Source: Capsulimonadaceae bacterium
GTDB lineage: Bacteria; Armatimonadota; Armatimonadia; Armatimonadales; Capsulimonadaceae
Direction of reading: 5' to 3'
Assembly: GCA_965215505.1 (NCBI GenBank)
Contig: OZ244065.1
Span: forward strand, 3,296,001-3,360,000
Length of the DNA stretch: 64,000 nt
Part shown: piece by piece, positions 63,831 through 64,000 of the stretch
How positions within the stretch are numbered: position 1 is the first letter of the stretch
Layout: each line of letters opens with the position of its first letter
Made by a program: the position numbers and the translations under genes
Notes under the pieces: model-generated
Told to the model about the DNA's origin: nothing
Database searches by the model: none
The model's input: only the letters and a program-made list of their open reading frames with translations

Positions 63831-63983
63831 GGACGAGTGAATGAATTCACTCGCTGAAGGGGATCTGTCCAAGGGACAGTGGAACAGGTCGGGAGCGCGG
63901 AAACAGCAGATGTCGTCCGGGCTGTCCTCCTCTTCTGTCCCCTGGACAGGTCCCCTTCAGCGAGTGAATTCATTCACTCGTCC
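63831..63983. repeat. REPIN-like element, family A
   Basis: GGACGAGTGAATGAATTCACTCGCTGAAGGGGA ... TCCCCTTCAGCGAGTGAATTCATTCACTCGTCC. Confidence 0.85.
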
Positions 63984-64000
63984 TATGCTCGTCCTATGCT

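Noticed and set aside
5352-63983. CRISPR array or integron attC sites among the palindromes
   Set aside because: Repeats are dispersed inverted pairs, not regularly spaced direct repeats; no cas or intI gene and no consistent attC ends

Overview
A GC-rich bacterial chromosome segment. The taxon cannot be fixed from sequence alone; gene content and style suggest a flagellated Terrabacteria lineage such as Armatimonadota (inference). It opens with a core block (flgM, parA-parB, cinA-thpR-recA, then recX displaced by five small genes) carrying LexA-like boxes, followed by accessory regions. The strongest candidate for an undescribed system is at 11.5-18 kb: a ~90-nt end-paired RNA with its own -10 box, directly upstream of a tightly coupled operon (divergent Ro60/TROVE-like vWA protein, ARPP-2-like protein with a Fis-type HTH, NUDIX hydrolase), with a divergently transcribed 1055-aa orphan. 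The second candidate is an AT-rich stand-alone gene at 39.9-41.0 kb fusing a CAP12/Pycsar-type TIR domain to a Thoeris ThsA-type Macro domain. Also present: an actinobacterial-style PknG/PP2C/vWA/FHA/GlnX-like signalling operon lacking GlnH, a promoter-and-terminator-bounded ~74-nt sRNA, two mirror-image tandem CRP-family promoters driving a heme peroxidase and a duplicated small membrane peptide, several pseudogenes, many REP/REPIN-like palindromes, glycan-active enzymes, a DeaD helicase, and a BlaI/BlaR1-like pair with three operators. No rRNA, tRNA, CRISPR array, integrase or transposase was seen. Family assignments rest on motif recognition, not database searches.
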